From Vicinamibacterales bacterium (GTDB taxonomy: Bacteria; Acidobacteriota; Vicinamibacteria; Vicinamibacterales; SCN-69-37): a stretch of 64,000 nucleotides of DNA. A program made the translations under genes and the position numbers. Positions 49,268-58,184 of this stretch are shown piece after piece. The stretch lies in the NCBI GenBank assembly GCA_039925145.1, contig JBDSZL010000018.1, positions 441 through 64,440 on the forward strand, given 5' to 3'. Each line of letters opens with the position of its first letter. Position 1 is the stretch's first letter. Below the pieces are notes generated by a model. It had not been told where the DNA came from and searched no databases. It saw only the letters and a list, made by a program, of their open reading frames with translations.

Positions 49268-49638
49268 TTCTCACCGCCTTTGAATGACGACGCGAACGGC
49301 TGAGGCCCGAGCCGCTTGCCGACAGCCACGCCGAGTCCGTACGCCAAGATCGTGTATGGCGCTAGGAAGGCATAGATGACGTCCGTAATCTCGTCTCGTT
49401 GATCGTTGGTTCGGGGGCCGATCAGCGGCAACAGGGTTTCGATGTTGAAGTTCACCACATCCGGCGCTATTTGAAACATGTGGTGCTCAACCCCACCGTC
49501 GCTAAACAAGGCGAGCGCACCCTCTCTCGCGATGAGGTTCGCCGCTGCGCCGTCTAAGCTGTCCACGTAGCGCAAGAGAGCGGCTTGGTTCTGGGGGGTC
49601 GGGAATGCCGGTTTGCCCGGCTTCGGTGCGGCGCTCAC
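49264..49638 (-). CDS. Hypothetical protein sharing a C-terminal motif with 49635..50024
   Basis: C-terminus AYGLGVAVGKRLGPQPFASSFKGGEK versus FTLGIAIGRRLGSAPLRSRKGGAK in the upstream gene. 4-nt overlap. Confidence 0.5.
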   Translation of the reverse strand: MSAAPKPGKPAFPTPQNQAALLRYVDSLDGAAANLIAREGALALFSDGGVEHHMFQIAPDVVNFNIETLLPLIGPRTNDQRDEITDVIYAFLAPYTILAYGLGVAVGKRLGPQPFASSFKGGEK

Positions 49639-50024
49639 TTCGCACCGCCCTTCCGCGATCGAAGGGGAGCCGAGCCTAGGCGCCGCCCGATGGCAATCCC
49701 TAACGTGAAGGCAGTATCGGTGCGCTCCGAGAGTTCGGCGATGTGGAGATCATCGAGCTGATTCACGTCCACAGCTCCTTCTGACTTGAGGTGTTCTTCC
49801 ATCCAGGCGCTGACTGCTTGTGCGGGCTTCGGGTCACTGAGTCGCTCCACTGCGGACGCGAGCGGCTCTGGGTCCTCCCCGAATACCCCGGCAGAGAGAA
49901 TCAGGCCGATGGCCTCGCGATCAAAGCGGCCTTCGAGGTCGTTAATGACGGAGTCGATGAACGTGTCCAGCGCTGTGTCTGCGGGGATCGTGGTCTTCTT
50001 TTGTTTTGGCATGGGCCTCTCCAA
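49635..50024 (-). CDS. Hypothetical protein sharing a C-terminal motif with 49264..49638
   Basis: See 49264..49638. Acidic, helical-looking. Confidence 0.5.
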   Translation of the reverse strand: MERPMPKQKKTTIPADTALDTFIDSVINDLEGRFDREAIGLILSAGVFGEDPEPLASAVERLSDPKPAQAVSAWMEEHLKSEGAVDVNQLDDLHIAELSERTDTAFTLGIAIGRRLGSAPLRSRKGGAK

Positions 50025-50087
50025 CGGAATGGAAGGCCGAGAGGCTACACTGACGCAGCCCTCGGCACGGGTACGACGTGCTACGGG

Positions 50088-50273
50088 TTAGGACCGCTTG
50101 CGGGTAGCAGCCCGCTTGCGGTCCGTCTTCTCTCCCTGGTCCACTAACCAACGATCGACGGCGATTCTGACTTGGCTCGAGATGGGCGCGCCCGTCTTTG
50201 CTTCGATCCGCCGCAACGCCTCGAGTTGTTCAGGCTCGAGGAGCATTTGAAATCGCTGTTTCGCAGGTGACAT
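50088..50273 (-). CDS. Ribbon-helix-helix (CopG-like) DNA-binding protein
   Basis: KQRFQMLLEPEQLEALRRIEAKTGAPISSQVRIAVDRWL is a typical RHH layout. First gene of the int-proximal operon. Confidence 0.6.
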   Translation of the reverse strand: MSPAKQRFQMLLEPEQLEALRRIEAKTGAPISSQVRIAVDRWLVDQGEKTDRKRAATRKRS

Positions 50274-50287
50274 AAAGAGGATGCTTA

Positions 50288-50316
50288 ACTATACACAACT
50301 ACGCTGATATAGTCAA
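50288..50316 (-). promoter_or_regulatory. Sigma-70-type promoter for the RHH operon
   Basis: Minus strand reads TTGACT-N17-TATAGT (50316-50311 and 50293-50288). Only 14 nt separate the -10 from the ATG at 50273, so the leader is very short with no SD. The -10 is part of an ACTATA/TATAGT inverted repeat. Confidence 0.5.
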
Positions 50317-50565
50317 CGACGAAACGGCTACGATTTCGCGCACACAGACAGACGAGCCGTGCTGCCCGAACACTTCGACGTCGCAGCCTGCGTGTTGTGG
50401 GTCACGAAGGGCGACGAGCCAGACGCGAAGGTGTAACGGAGGCGGCCTCGAAACCAAGGCCCCGCTCGTGTGCTAGCATCTCCGCTCTTCACTGCCCCTG
50501 GGTCGGTTTCAGGCTGGCTAAGTGCGACTGCCCCTCGCTTCGCGCGGAGAAGGCTATTCCATCCG

Positions 50566-51804
50566 ATGTCGACATCAGCGATTCCCTTTTTCGGCGCCCG
50601 CAAGCTTGCTCGTCAGCTTCAGGAGCAGGTAACGGACCTCACCGCTCAATTGGAGCGTACGGATGCCTTTGCCGTGGGCGAACTGGAGCGCCTAAAGGTG
50701 CGCCTCGAACAAGACGTTGCCGGCCTACGGGCGCAGCTTGCCGAGGCCCAAACGCTCATTGTTTGTACGGACGAAACGGCGTCCCTTCAAGAAGTCGGTG
50801 TATACGAATATCGTCATCCTCTATCTGTTGCCGCGGCATACCGCGATCGTCTAGAGGCCATCCAACGGCAAATCAAGGAAATGAATAGGGCCGACGCCGG
50901 TGCGATTCTGGCAAGCGCAGACTGGAAGGTGAACGGGTCGCTCGTGGAGGGCCGCAAAATGGTCCGGCAGTTCTCGAAGCTGATGTTGCGGGCGTTCAAC
51001 GCGGAGGCCGACACGCTCGTCAGGGGCCTGAAGCCGTATGCACTCGACAAAGCGGTTGAACGACTGCATAAGACGGCCCACACGATTCAGCAACTCGGCC
51101 AGACTATGCAGATCAGTGTCGCGCCTGCGTACCTGAAGGTTCGCTTCTTCGAACTCACCTTGACGGCTGATTTCCTGCAGAAAAAGGCTGAGGAAAAAGA
51201 GGTTGAGCGCGTCGAACGCGAACGCCTGCGTGAGGAACGAAAGGTGCAGCTCGAAATTGAGCGCGAGCAGGCCAAGCTTGCGAAAGAGCGTGAGCACTAC
51301 GAGCGGGCGCTGGCCGCGCTATCTGCCATCGGCGGCGCCGACGAGGCCATCGCGAGGCTCAAGAGCCAGCTGGATGACGTCGACAAGGCCATCGCAGATA
51401 TGAACTACCGCGCTGCGAACATTCGTGCGGGCTACGTCTATGTGATCTCAAACGTCGGATCGTTTGGCGACAACATCGTGAAGATCGGACTCACGCGGCG
51501 TCTTGATCCGCGAGACCGGATTCGCGAGCTCAGTGATGCGTCCGTCCCATTCAACTTCGATGTGCATGCCCTCTTCTTCTCCAAGGACGCGGTCGGGATA
51601 GAGACAGCCTTGCACAACCAATTCTCCGCTCAGCGCATGAACCTCGTAAACCGCCGGCGGGAGTTCTTCAGGGCGACGGCCGCTCAGGTGAGAGGGGCCC
51701 TAGTCTCCCTTGCTGGAGACCTCCTGGAATTTGAAGACATAGCTGAGGCCCTCGAGTATCGACAGTCCGAACACGTCAGAACAGGGACCACGACGGCGAA
51801 CTGA
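50566..51804 (+). CDS. DUF4041 plus T5orf172 (MUG113, GIY-YIG-like) domain protein
   Basis: Coiled-coil N-terminal part (EKEVERVERERLREERKVQLEIEREQAKLAKERE). C-terminus GYVYVISNVGSFGDNIVKIGLTRRLDPRDRIRELSDASVPFNFDVHALFFS is the T5orf172 signature. Confidence 0.7.
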   Translation: MSTSAIPFFGARKLARQLQEQVTDLTAQLERTDAFAVGELERLKVRLEQDVAGLRAQLAEAQTLIVCTDETASLQEVGVYEYRHPLSVAAAYRDRLEAIQRQIKEMNRADAGAILASADWKVNGSLVEGRKMVRQFSKLMLRAFNAEADTLVRGLKPYALDKAVERLHKTAHTIQQLGQTMQISVAPAYLKVRFFELTLTADFLQKKAEEKEVERVERERLREERKVQLEIEREQAKLAKEREHYERALAALSAIGGADEAIARLKSQLDDVDKAIADMNYRAANIRAGYVYVISNVGSFGDNIVKIGLTRRLDPRDRIRELSDASVPFNFDVHALFFSKDAVGIETALHNQFSAQRMNLVNRRREFFRATAAQVRGALVSLAGDLLEFEDIAEALEYRQSEHVRTGTTTAN

Positions 51805-51964
51805 AGAATAAGGCAGCCGCGAACGTGACACGACTGGCATCTCGCAGCCGGGCCCCGCATCAGAACGGGGCTACTGCTTCGCACAGACCAGACACACGAA
51901 CGCCTCAATACGTAGTCCCGCTGGATCAGCAGGTCCTCGCCACAGCCAGGACAGCGCGGGATCA

Positions 51965-52246
51965 TCACAAGCGCTCGATGACCGGCACGCGACATCGGGT
52001 CGGAAACCTCCACACCTCGATCGTCGCGTTCCGCGGCCGGACCATGATCTGCAACGCCTCGCGCTCGATGCTGCTGGCGTAGCGGCTGCCACTCTTCACA
52101 CTGACGAACCGGATCGACGTAGCATCCCACGCGACCAGATCGCACGGCCCCTTCGAGCCCGCCGAGCGCGTGACGTGGAACCCATCCGCTTCCAGCAGCC
52201 GACGAGCCCGATGCTCAGCCCGCCGGCCCTTGTGCGCGCAGTTCAT
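51965..52246 (-). CDS. PD-(D/E)xK-fold nuclease, Hjc-like resolvase candidate
   Basis: KGRRAEHRARRLLEADGFHVTRSAGSKGPCDLVAWD...FVSVKSG (E...D...xVK layout). Start ATG 52246 overlaps the upstream stop (ATGA). Confidence 0.5.
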   Translation of the reverse strand: MNCAHKGRRAEHRARRLLEADGFHVTRSAGSKGPCDLVAWDATSIRFVSVKSGSRYASSIEREALQIMVRPRNATIEVWRFPTRCRVPVIERL

Positions 52247-52443
52247 GGACGGTCCCAGTCGAGGGTCGCCCCGCTGATCGCCCGCTCCGCGCGGCGCGCG
52301 CGGCGACAGTCCGGGCAGCGCCGCGGAAGTGATAACTGCTTCGCCTCGAAAAATGCCGCTTCGCCCTCCGTGACGGTGAACGGCGTGGTGCAGTCGAGAC
52401 ACAGGCGCTGCTCTAACACGGTCTGGTTTCGTGGGAGCGTCAT
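52243..52443 (-). CDS. Zinc-ribbon protein
   Basis: CLDCTTPFTVTEGEAAFFEAKQLSLPRRCPDCRR. Confidence 0.55.
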   Translation of the reverse strand: MTLPRNQTVLEQRLCLDCTTPFTVTEGEAAFFEAKQLSLPRRCPDCRRARRAERAISGATLDWDRP

Positions 52444-53237
52444 CGGTGCGTCCCGCGCGCCATCGCTTCGCCTTCCGGCGAACTCCCAAAGACCGGCTCT
52501 TTGCGGGGTGCCGCCGCTGGTTCCTCCGGGACCGGGGCATAGCCCGTGCCGTCGAGCTCGTGCTGCGCCATGTTCACCGCCGTCGAGAGCGCCGTGTACC
52601 GCTGATTGAGGCCATCGAGATATTTCGAGACCGGGCTCTTGGCGACCTTGACCTCTGTGGCCTTGGCGCGCTGCTCAGCTGTGACGAGCGCGAACGTGCC
52701 ACCAGGTCCCGCCTCAACGGCTTCAACGAACACCGGATCGCTGCCGTCCTGGACAGCCGTGATGTACCGCTCATACCGTTCTTCCGGTGTGAGTCCTCGC
52801 AAGAGGCTTCGATACTCCGCTTTCAGCAGCTCGCTCGCGATCGTGGGCTCGGCGGGTTTCTGCGCCGGCTCCCATCCCGCCTTGCTCTTGACATAGCCTT
52901 CAGCGGCCAGACGCCGCCCATCCGTCCACTGTTTGTGCAGCTCGGCCGCGTGCTTGCGAAACGCCGTCAAGTCTTCGTCGAGCTTCGCGCGGATCTTGTC
53001 GATCGCCGTCGCCTTGCCGCGCTCGGTGAGATCAGGATTGACGAGAATCTTGTCCACCGCGCGCCAACTGTCATCCACAAACGCCGAGATGTTCCCGACG
53101 GCGTTCACGGTGTACGTTTTTTCGTCCTCGGTCATACCTTCGTGCGCGGCCCAATTTCTCGCGTAGCCCGCCGCCATCGAGCGGATGAAACTCGCGCCCC
53201 GTTTCGGGGCCTTCCCGTTGTTCGCGTTGTTTGCCAT
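52440..53237 (-). CDS. Phage-type protein of unknown function
   Basis: Follows terL with a 10-nt gap. At 265 aa it is too small for a portal. No domain recognised. Confidence 0.5.
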   Translation of the reverse strand: MANNANNGKAPKRGASFIRSMAAGYARNWAAHEGMTEDEKTYTVNAVGNISAFVDDSWRAVDKILVNPDLTERGKATAIDKIRAKLDEDLTAFRKHAAELHKQWTDGRRLAAEGYVKSKAGWEPAQKPAEPTIASELLKAEYRSLLRGLTPEERYERYITAVQDGSDPVFVEAVEAGPGGTFALVTAEQRAKATEVKVAKSPVSKYLDGLNQRYTALSTAVNMAQHELDGTGYAPVPEEPAAAPRKEPVFGSSPEGEAMARGTHR

Positions 53238-53247
53238 TTCTGTCTCC

Positions 53248-54672
53248 TCAGAATCCTCTCAATTGAATCGCGCCGCCGCCGTTGCCCCCACCGGCCGCGG
53301 TCAGTGTCAGCGCGCCCGCGGCCGCATTCGCCACGTCCTCATGCATTCGTGGCGGTGCGTCCACGCTGTCTTTGCCCTGCCGGCCCTTGCGGCGTTCCAG
53401 CGAGCCGAACTGCTTCAAGAGCCGCGGGTGATCGAGCAGCTCCACTTGGCCGCTCATGACTGCGGGCAGCACGGCCAGGTACAACTCAGAGCGCGTACGC
53501 TCGGACGGTTTGACCGTGATCCCCACCTTCGAGAACGCTTCAACGGGCCAGTGCCCAGCAAAGCGATCAGAGGTCGCCGTGGTGACGCGATACGCCTTCA
53601 TCGTGGCGGCGAACTCCTGCACCGTCGCTTCCGGCGAGAACGGCGGCCGCTGCTCACGCACGAGATCGAGCACGGCCACCGAGCCGTGACGGTGAGCAAT
53701 CGCGAGCGTCATCGAATCCGCTCCCGTGCCCCCGGCTGGATCGAGAAACGCGGTGTACGTGATGCCGTACTGCGGCGGCTGCTCGAGCCGCCCAATCATC
53801 CGCACCGCCTCCAACGCTTCAGGCGGCAAGAAGGCTTCCACGTCGCGCCGCCACTCGCCGCCCCACTCCGCAGACGCAGCAACAGGGTCGTCGGCGTACG
53901 CGGCCTCGATGACGGCCAGCTCAATACTCGGATTCAGCAACAGCGTCGGCGCATTCACCACCAGCACGCGATCACTGTCGTCTTTGCCGTAGAAGCGCTC
54001 GTACGTCCTCCAGGCTTCGCCGCGCCGCGCGTAAGGCGATGTGATGCACACAAGCAGCGCCTCGGGGACCGTGCCCATCGCGGCACGCAACGCGACGAGC
54101 ACTTCTCGGTCAGGGTTCGCGCTGTCCTCCGAATCCCAAAACGCAATTTCATCGCACGTCGCGCCGATGCAGGTGTAGCCGCGCAGCGAGCGGTACGAGT
54201 TCGTGTGAATCTCAATCACCACGCCGCTGGTCAGCGTGATCGCGTCGGCGGTTTCATCCTCGACTAAGGCGGCGAGCACGGGCGTCGAATGGAGCAGTCC
54301 GCTCACGTAGCGCTTGAGGACGCGTGCCTGCCGGCGATCGGCTGCGAGGACCATGAACACGCCCACTTCACCTGGTGCGAGCGTGTATGTGCGGCACGTG
54401 GTCGCCCAGACCGCCAGCGCTGCGCTAATGATGGACTTGCCCGAGCGCCGGCCGCAGATGATCCAGAGTTCGGCGAGTGTGGCCGGGACGGTCGAGCGCC
54501 CCGTGAGCTGGTGCATGAGCGCGCGCCCATCGTCATCGAGCGCGCCGAGCCCGTCATCGATCGCCGTGAGCAGCGTGCGCCACGCGTGCCAACTGTCGCC
54601 CGCGAACGTCCCACTGAGCACGCCCGTCATGAGCCGGACGATGGAGCCGAGCGTGGTGGAGACGCGGCTCAT
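53248..54672 (-). CDS. terL: Terminase large subunit
   Basis: Walker A CGRRSGKS, Walker B-like TCDEIAFWD, and C-terminal RNaseH-like nuclease FLDPAGGTGADSMTLAI. Confidence 0.75.
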   Translation of the reverse strand: MSRVSTTLGSIVRLMTGVLSGTFAGDSWHAWRTLLTAIDDGLGALDDDGRALMHQLTGRSTVPATLAELWIICGRRSGKSIISAALAVWATTCRTYTLAPGEVGVFMVLAADRRQARVLKRYVSGLLHSTPVLAALVEDETADAITLTSGVVIEIHTNSYRSLRGYTCIGATCDEIAFWDSEDSANPDREVLVALRAAMGTVPEALLVCITSPYARRGEAWRTYERFYGKDDSDRVLVVNAPTLLLNPSIELAVIEAAYADDPVAASAEWGGEWRRDVEAFLPPEALEAVRMIGRLEQPPQYGITYTAFLDPAGGTGADSMTLAIAHRHGSVAVLDLVREQRPPFSPEATVQEFAATMKAYRVTTATSDRFAGHWPVEAFSKVGITVKPSERTRSELYLAVLPAVMSGQVELLDHPRLLKQFGSLERRKGRQGKDSVDAPPRMHEDVANAAAGALTLTAAGGGNGGGAIQLRGF

Positions 54673-55256
54673 TGCCCGCCTCGCATGACTTGCTCCAACG
54701 TGGCGACCGGCTTCGGTTTCCGGGAGAGCCCCAGCTGATTTGTGAGGCGTGCGAACTGAGCCAACACACCGAGGTACGCCGTCAACGCGGCACGCTGCCG
54801 GCCTTTGGCAGTCAAGGTGCCGTTGACGAGCAAATCTTGGCCGAGCGCTTCGAGGATGACTTCTAAGCGCGCCGCCTCACGGACCGTCGCCGTCGACAGG
54901 TGTGACAACTCATCAGAGCCGCCCAGATCCCCTGTAATCAACGCAACAGCCTCAGCGTGCCATTGGCCCACTTCGGGCGCGTCGATCAACTGGCGCGAAC
55001 GTAGGCCCGTTTTGAGCGCACCGCCGTTCCCCATCCCGAACCGGCCATTGCCTTCGCGCCCTCGATGGCGGATGGCACCGACGGCCTTGCGGGCTTCCTC
55101 GAACAGTTCAGGGCCAGCGGCCGGGAGTTCCGCGAACGGTGGAGCAGCGCTATTATGAGTGGGCACACTGCGGGCACACTCTAGTGAGTTCAGGCCCATT
55201 TCATCGGCCTGAATCACAGACGCGCAGGACTGACTATCCTGTGCGAGCTTAGACAT
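54669..55256 (-). CDS. terS: Terminase small subunit candidate
   Basis: GNGGALKTGLRSRQL ... TAKGRQRAALTAYLGVLAQFARLTNQLGLSRKP resembles actinophage-type TerS. 4-nt overlap with terL. The true start may be as late as ATG 55034. Confidence 0.45.
   Translation of the reverse strand: MSKLAQDSQSCASVIQADEMGLNSLECARSVPTHNSAAPPFAELPAAGPELFEEARKAVGAIRHRGREGNGRFGMGNGGALKTGLRSRQLIDAPEVGQWHAEAVALITGDLGGSDELSHLSTATVREAARLEVILEALGQDLLVNGTLTAKGRQRAALTAYLGVLAQFARLTNQLGLSRKPKPVATLEQVMRGGQ
55161..55180 (-). promoter_or_regulatory. Two AGTGTGCCC 9-mers in opposite orientation to the att-proximal copies
   Basis: Plus strand reads GGGCACACT at 55161-55169 and 55172-55180 (11-bp phasing), upstream of or inside the 5' end of the terS candidate. 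Confidence 0.35.
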
Positions 55257-55629
55257 ACTTGGCTCCCGTTTGCTGAGGTGAGATAGAGGGTGTGACCGCT
55301 CGCTTTTGGGTCTGTCCTGGCCCGTCCTTCAGGCTCTCGATGAACGCGTCCAGGTCCGCCCGGTCAATCACCACACGTCGCAGGCTTGTCTTGGGCCTGT
55401 CGCCTTCTCTGGCTCTGAGGGCAGGAAGGTGAATGAGTGGCAGTCGTCCAGCGAGCGCCCAGTCACGAACTGTCCATGCGCTCACGTTGAGGTACTCGCC
55501 GGCTTGCTTGAGGCTCAGCAGCCGTGGTGTGACAGCTTCTTTTTGAACCTGACCTGACAGCCCCCTTAAGAGGGGGGCAGTTGTCATGTCACGAGTTGTG
55601 TGACGTGTGTCACGGGGTGTCAGTGACAT
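55249..55629 (-). CDS. Excisionase-family / MerR-like helix-turn-helix DNA-binding protein
   Basis: LLSLKQAGEYLNVSAWTVRDWALAGRLP. Confidence 0.6.
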   Translation of the reverse strand: MSLTPRDTRHTTRDMTTAPLLRGLSGQVQKEAVTPRLLSLKQAGEYLNVSAWTVRDWALAGRLPLIHLPALRAREGDRPKTSLRRVVIDRADLDAFIESLKDGPGQTQKRAVTPSISPQQTGAKYV

Positions 55630-55632
55630 GTG

Positions 55633-56913
55633 TCACGCACTCCTTTCGAGCAACGCCACGCGGCCATCAGTGCCACGTGCGAACAGCCGAACTTTGTTCC
55701 GGCGTCGAGCGTCGTCCTCGTCACGGCGTAGGGTTTGAATAATGCTGTTTGCCTTGACGCCGAGTTCTTCGGCCAAGTCCTCGATGGGACGTGGGCCGGC
55801 CTGGAGGCTGTAGCGAAGCCGCTGGCGAATGGGGAGGTCGGCCGCGATGTCCTCGATGCCGGCGGGGTTCACTTGCCGGATTGTGATCTCGTCGCCCGTG
55901 AACAAGTATTCGATGGCGGCCGGCGGCCGCGGTTGCCCGTTGGTCTTCCGCTGAGTGATAGCCGTCACGAGTGCGCGGGGATCGTGGTCGCTGTTGCTGC
56001 GTCGAAAGTGGTAGATGTCGCGGCCGCCGGCATACCAGAGCACGGAGCCGAACGGGTAGCGGTCGCCGCCCTCGCCTTTGGACTGGTGCGCCACGAGCAG
56101 CAGCCCAATCCGAAGCTGTCGGCACGCCTGCAGGAAGGCGCTGGCAACCTCTGCAGACTCAGGGGGGCCAGAGACGCCAAACGAGACACTGTCGATCACG
56201 GCATAGTCCCATCCGTCGTTGATGACGGCACGCCGCAGGCTGTCGATCTCGGCGACGAGTGGGCGCTCAACGCGGATGTAGCGGATGTCGGGAAACTGCG
56301 GGCCATACATCCCCCGCGCCCGCTTGCGGTGTGCCTCTGGGCCCCACTCAAAATCGATGTAGCCGACACGGCGTCCAGTCCGGCGCGCCTCCAAAGCCAC
56401 ACGCTCAGCCTGCAGGGTCTTGCCGCTGCCAGGGAGACCGTAGAACATCGATATCTGCGTGAGGTCCAGGGTGAGCCCGTCGCACTCGAACAGTGACGTG
56501 CGCTCGTCGCTGTCTTCGATGTCGTGCAGGCTGACGATGGCGGAGGCCGAACGCTCAGCTTCTAGGACGCGAATACAGGCGTCCTCGACCAGCCTTGAGA
56601 CGGGAATATCTGAGAGCATGGCCTCGCGCGTGATGCGTGTTGCCCGCTCGGACCGTGCCCGGTCGCTACTCACGTTGAAGGTAGCCTGCGAGACGATGTC
56701 GCCAGAGACCGTTTGTACGCCGGGCAGCGCACAACGTACGGTCAGTTCACAATTCAGCTCGTCCCATTTCCAGCGCAGCCGATCAAAAGTGAAGGTCAGG
56801 CCGATGCTGTTCGCCTCGTAGCGGTACGCCACGCCACGAGCGAGCACGACAAGATCTCGCGTGCCGCACTCCAGGAGCGTCAACCGCTCAGCCACGCTGG
56901 CGCTCACGCTCAC
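55633..56913 (-). CDS. RecA-like (AAA_25/RepA-type) replication ATPase with C-terminal winged-helix
   Basis: Walker A GLPGSGKT, Walker B DYAVIDS, LLLVAHQSKG. C-terminus IEDLAEELGVKANSIIQTLRR. Confidence 0.65.
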   Translation of the reverse strand: MSVSASVAERLTLLECGTRDLVVLARGVAYRYEANSIGLTFTFDRLRWKWDELNCELTVRCALPGVQTVSGDIVSQATFNVSSDRARSERATRITREAMLSDIPVSRLVEDACIRVLEAERSASAIVSLHDIEDSDERTSLFECDGLTLDLTQISMFYGLPGSGKTLQAERVALEARRTGRRVGYIDFEWGPEAHRKRARGMYGPQFPDIRYIRVERPLVAEIDSLRRAVINDGWDYAVIDSVSFGVSGPPESAEVASAFLQACRQLRIGLLLVAHQSKGEGGDRYPFGSVLWYAGGRDIYHFRRSNSDHDPRALVTAITQRKTNGQPRPPAAIEYLFTGDEITIRQVNPAGIEDIAADLPIRQRLRYSLQAGPRPIEDLAEELGVKANSIIQTLRRDEDDARRRNKVRLFARGTDGRVALLERSA

Positions 56914-57238
56914 GCTCCCGAAGGTCGTCGATCGTCTGGTCCTTTTCGACCGTCAGCGCGACTGAGGCACAGAGTATGGCCTCAAGCATCTCAATACGCT
57001 CGGCCATACCAACGGCGGCCAGAGCTATCTGCTCGTCGCATGTCTCCGGGCCGGCCCCGCGCATTAGATCGAGGATGTGCTGCGCTGTGAAGCGATAGCG
57101 TTCGCCGCGCTCGGCTGCCGGTGAGAGTCCCCACCGGATATTGAGGCTGTCTGTTTGCGCGTCTGTTAGTATTGGGTTCATAGGCTGCGTCTCCACCGCA
57201 GCTTCGAGGCCGGCGCCATGCAAGTCCTGCAGGCGCAC
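56888..57238 (-). CDS. Hypothetical protein (island)
   Basis: ORF between the Cro-like gene and the ATPase. The start may be ATG 57181. Confidence 0.4.
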   Translation of the reverse strand: MRLQDLHGAGLEAAVETQPMNPILTDAQTDSLNIRWGLSPAAERGERYRFTAQHILDLMRGAGPETCDEQIALAAVGMAERIEMLEAILCASVALTVEKDQTIDDLRERERERQRG

Positions 57239-57253
57239 GGCCTCTCGCCGTTT

Positions 57254-57469
57254 CTAGGCGCTTATTGCTTTCTGCTCCGCGAAACACTCGCTGCCAGGCA
57301 CCCCGACGAGTTCGGCCAACTTGAGAACGCGTTCGTCGCCTTCACGCGGGTCATAGATCCCGCAGATCCAGGCACTGAGGGTTCCGTGACTGACACCAAT
57401 CTCGCGCGCCAACTGGTACTGACGCGACGTATGTCGCCGAACGGCGGTAATCAGGCGGTCACTCAACAT
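57254..57469 (-). CDS. Cro/XRE-type HTH regulator
   Basis: TSRQYQLAREIGVSHGTLSAWICG. Confidence 0.65.
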   Translation of the reverse strand: MLSDRLITAVRRHTSRQYQLAREIGVSHGTLSAWICGIYDPREGDERVLKLAELVGVPGSECFAEQKAISA

Positions 57470-57563
57470 CGGGGTAGCTCCATGCCGGCTATGTCATCAA
57501 AAGCAAAAACACTCTGCAATCTGTTTTACAATTGATGAACCCATGACAATGGGAGGAGCACAA
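57470..57563. promoter_or_regulatory. Divergent switch region between the Cro-like and CI-like genes
   Basis: AT-rich relative to its surroundings. Inverted repeat TCATCAA (57494-57500) / TTGATGA (57532-57538) and TGTCAT/ATGACA. Confidence 0.5.
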
Positions 57564-58184
57564 ATGAAACGGACTCGTGATGAGAAGTTGGCGCACGGAC
57601 GGTTTGCGATTGGGCCGCGATCGTCGTACTGGGTCGTACTGCCGTTCGCGGAGGGCTGGCTTGCGGCTCAGCGGCTCATGGTGCAGGAAAATGGTGCCGT
57701 GACGGTCGCTGAGTTGCGGGTCTATCCAGCAGAGGACAGGCGGCGCAAAGTCGGGCAGTGGTCGGAGTCGGCGGCGTCCATACCGAAAGGAGGTCTGTCG
57801 GCTTCGTTATTGCGGAGCCTCTCGGTGGGGGGAGCGGCCACGTCTCCCGTAGTGACCGACTGGGTTCAAGCGATGCTCAGCGAGACATTGCGCTGGCCTG
57901 CGCGTCATCGAGCGCTTGCGAAACGGGTCGCGCGTGACTTGGACCTACCGCGTGCGACAGACAAGAGTACCGTCCATCGACGCGGCCGAAAACCGTCACG
58001 AGATCGGGAGTTCTATCAATCGGTCGCCGCGCACTATAGGCGTTGGATCAGCGATAACCCTGCGAAGAAGATTGCAGAGACTCATGGCGTCAGCGGAGCA
58101 ACGGCTCGCACGTGGATTCACACAGCGCGCCATAAGTACGGACTGCTGGCAGCGACAGCAGCCGGGCGCCTGCCACCGAGCTAG
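57564..58184 (+). CDS. Putative repressor-like DNA-binding protein (C-terminal HTH)
   Basis: ATG 57564 behind GGGAGGAG. C-terminus AKKIAETHGVSGATARTWIHTARHKYGLL. Divergent from the Cro-like gene. Confidence 0.5.
   Translation: MKRTRDEKLAHGRFAIGPRSSYWVVLPFAEGWLAAQRLMVQENGAVTVAELRVYPAEDRRRKVGQWSESAASIPKGGLSASLLRSLSVGGAATSPVVTDWVQAMLSETLRWPARHRALAKRVARDLDLPRATDKSTVHRRGRKPSRDREFYQSVAAHYRRWISDNPAKKIAETHGVSGATARTWIHTARHKYGLLAATAAGRLPPS

Noticed and set aside
51684-51965. ORF coupled to the nuclease stop codon (TGATG) beginning MIPRCPGCGEDLLIQRDYVLRR... In a neighbouring frame the sequence ends FVCLVCAKQ*, which would complete a neat 32-aa four-Cys zinc ribbon if there were a frameshift.
   Set aside because: As it stands, the 94-aa frame runs antisense through the last 120 nt of the DUF4041 gene. 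The attractive zinc-ribbon version requires an unsupported frameshift. It is worth checking in reads, but there is not enough evidence to call it.
52431-54267. Plus-strand ORFs 52431..53459 (342 aa) and 53185..54267 (360 aa) inside the island
   Set aside because: They are antisense to the terminase large subunit and the 265-aa phage gene. They are Arg-rich with no motifs.
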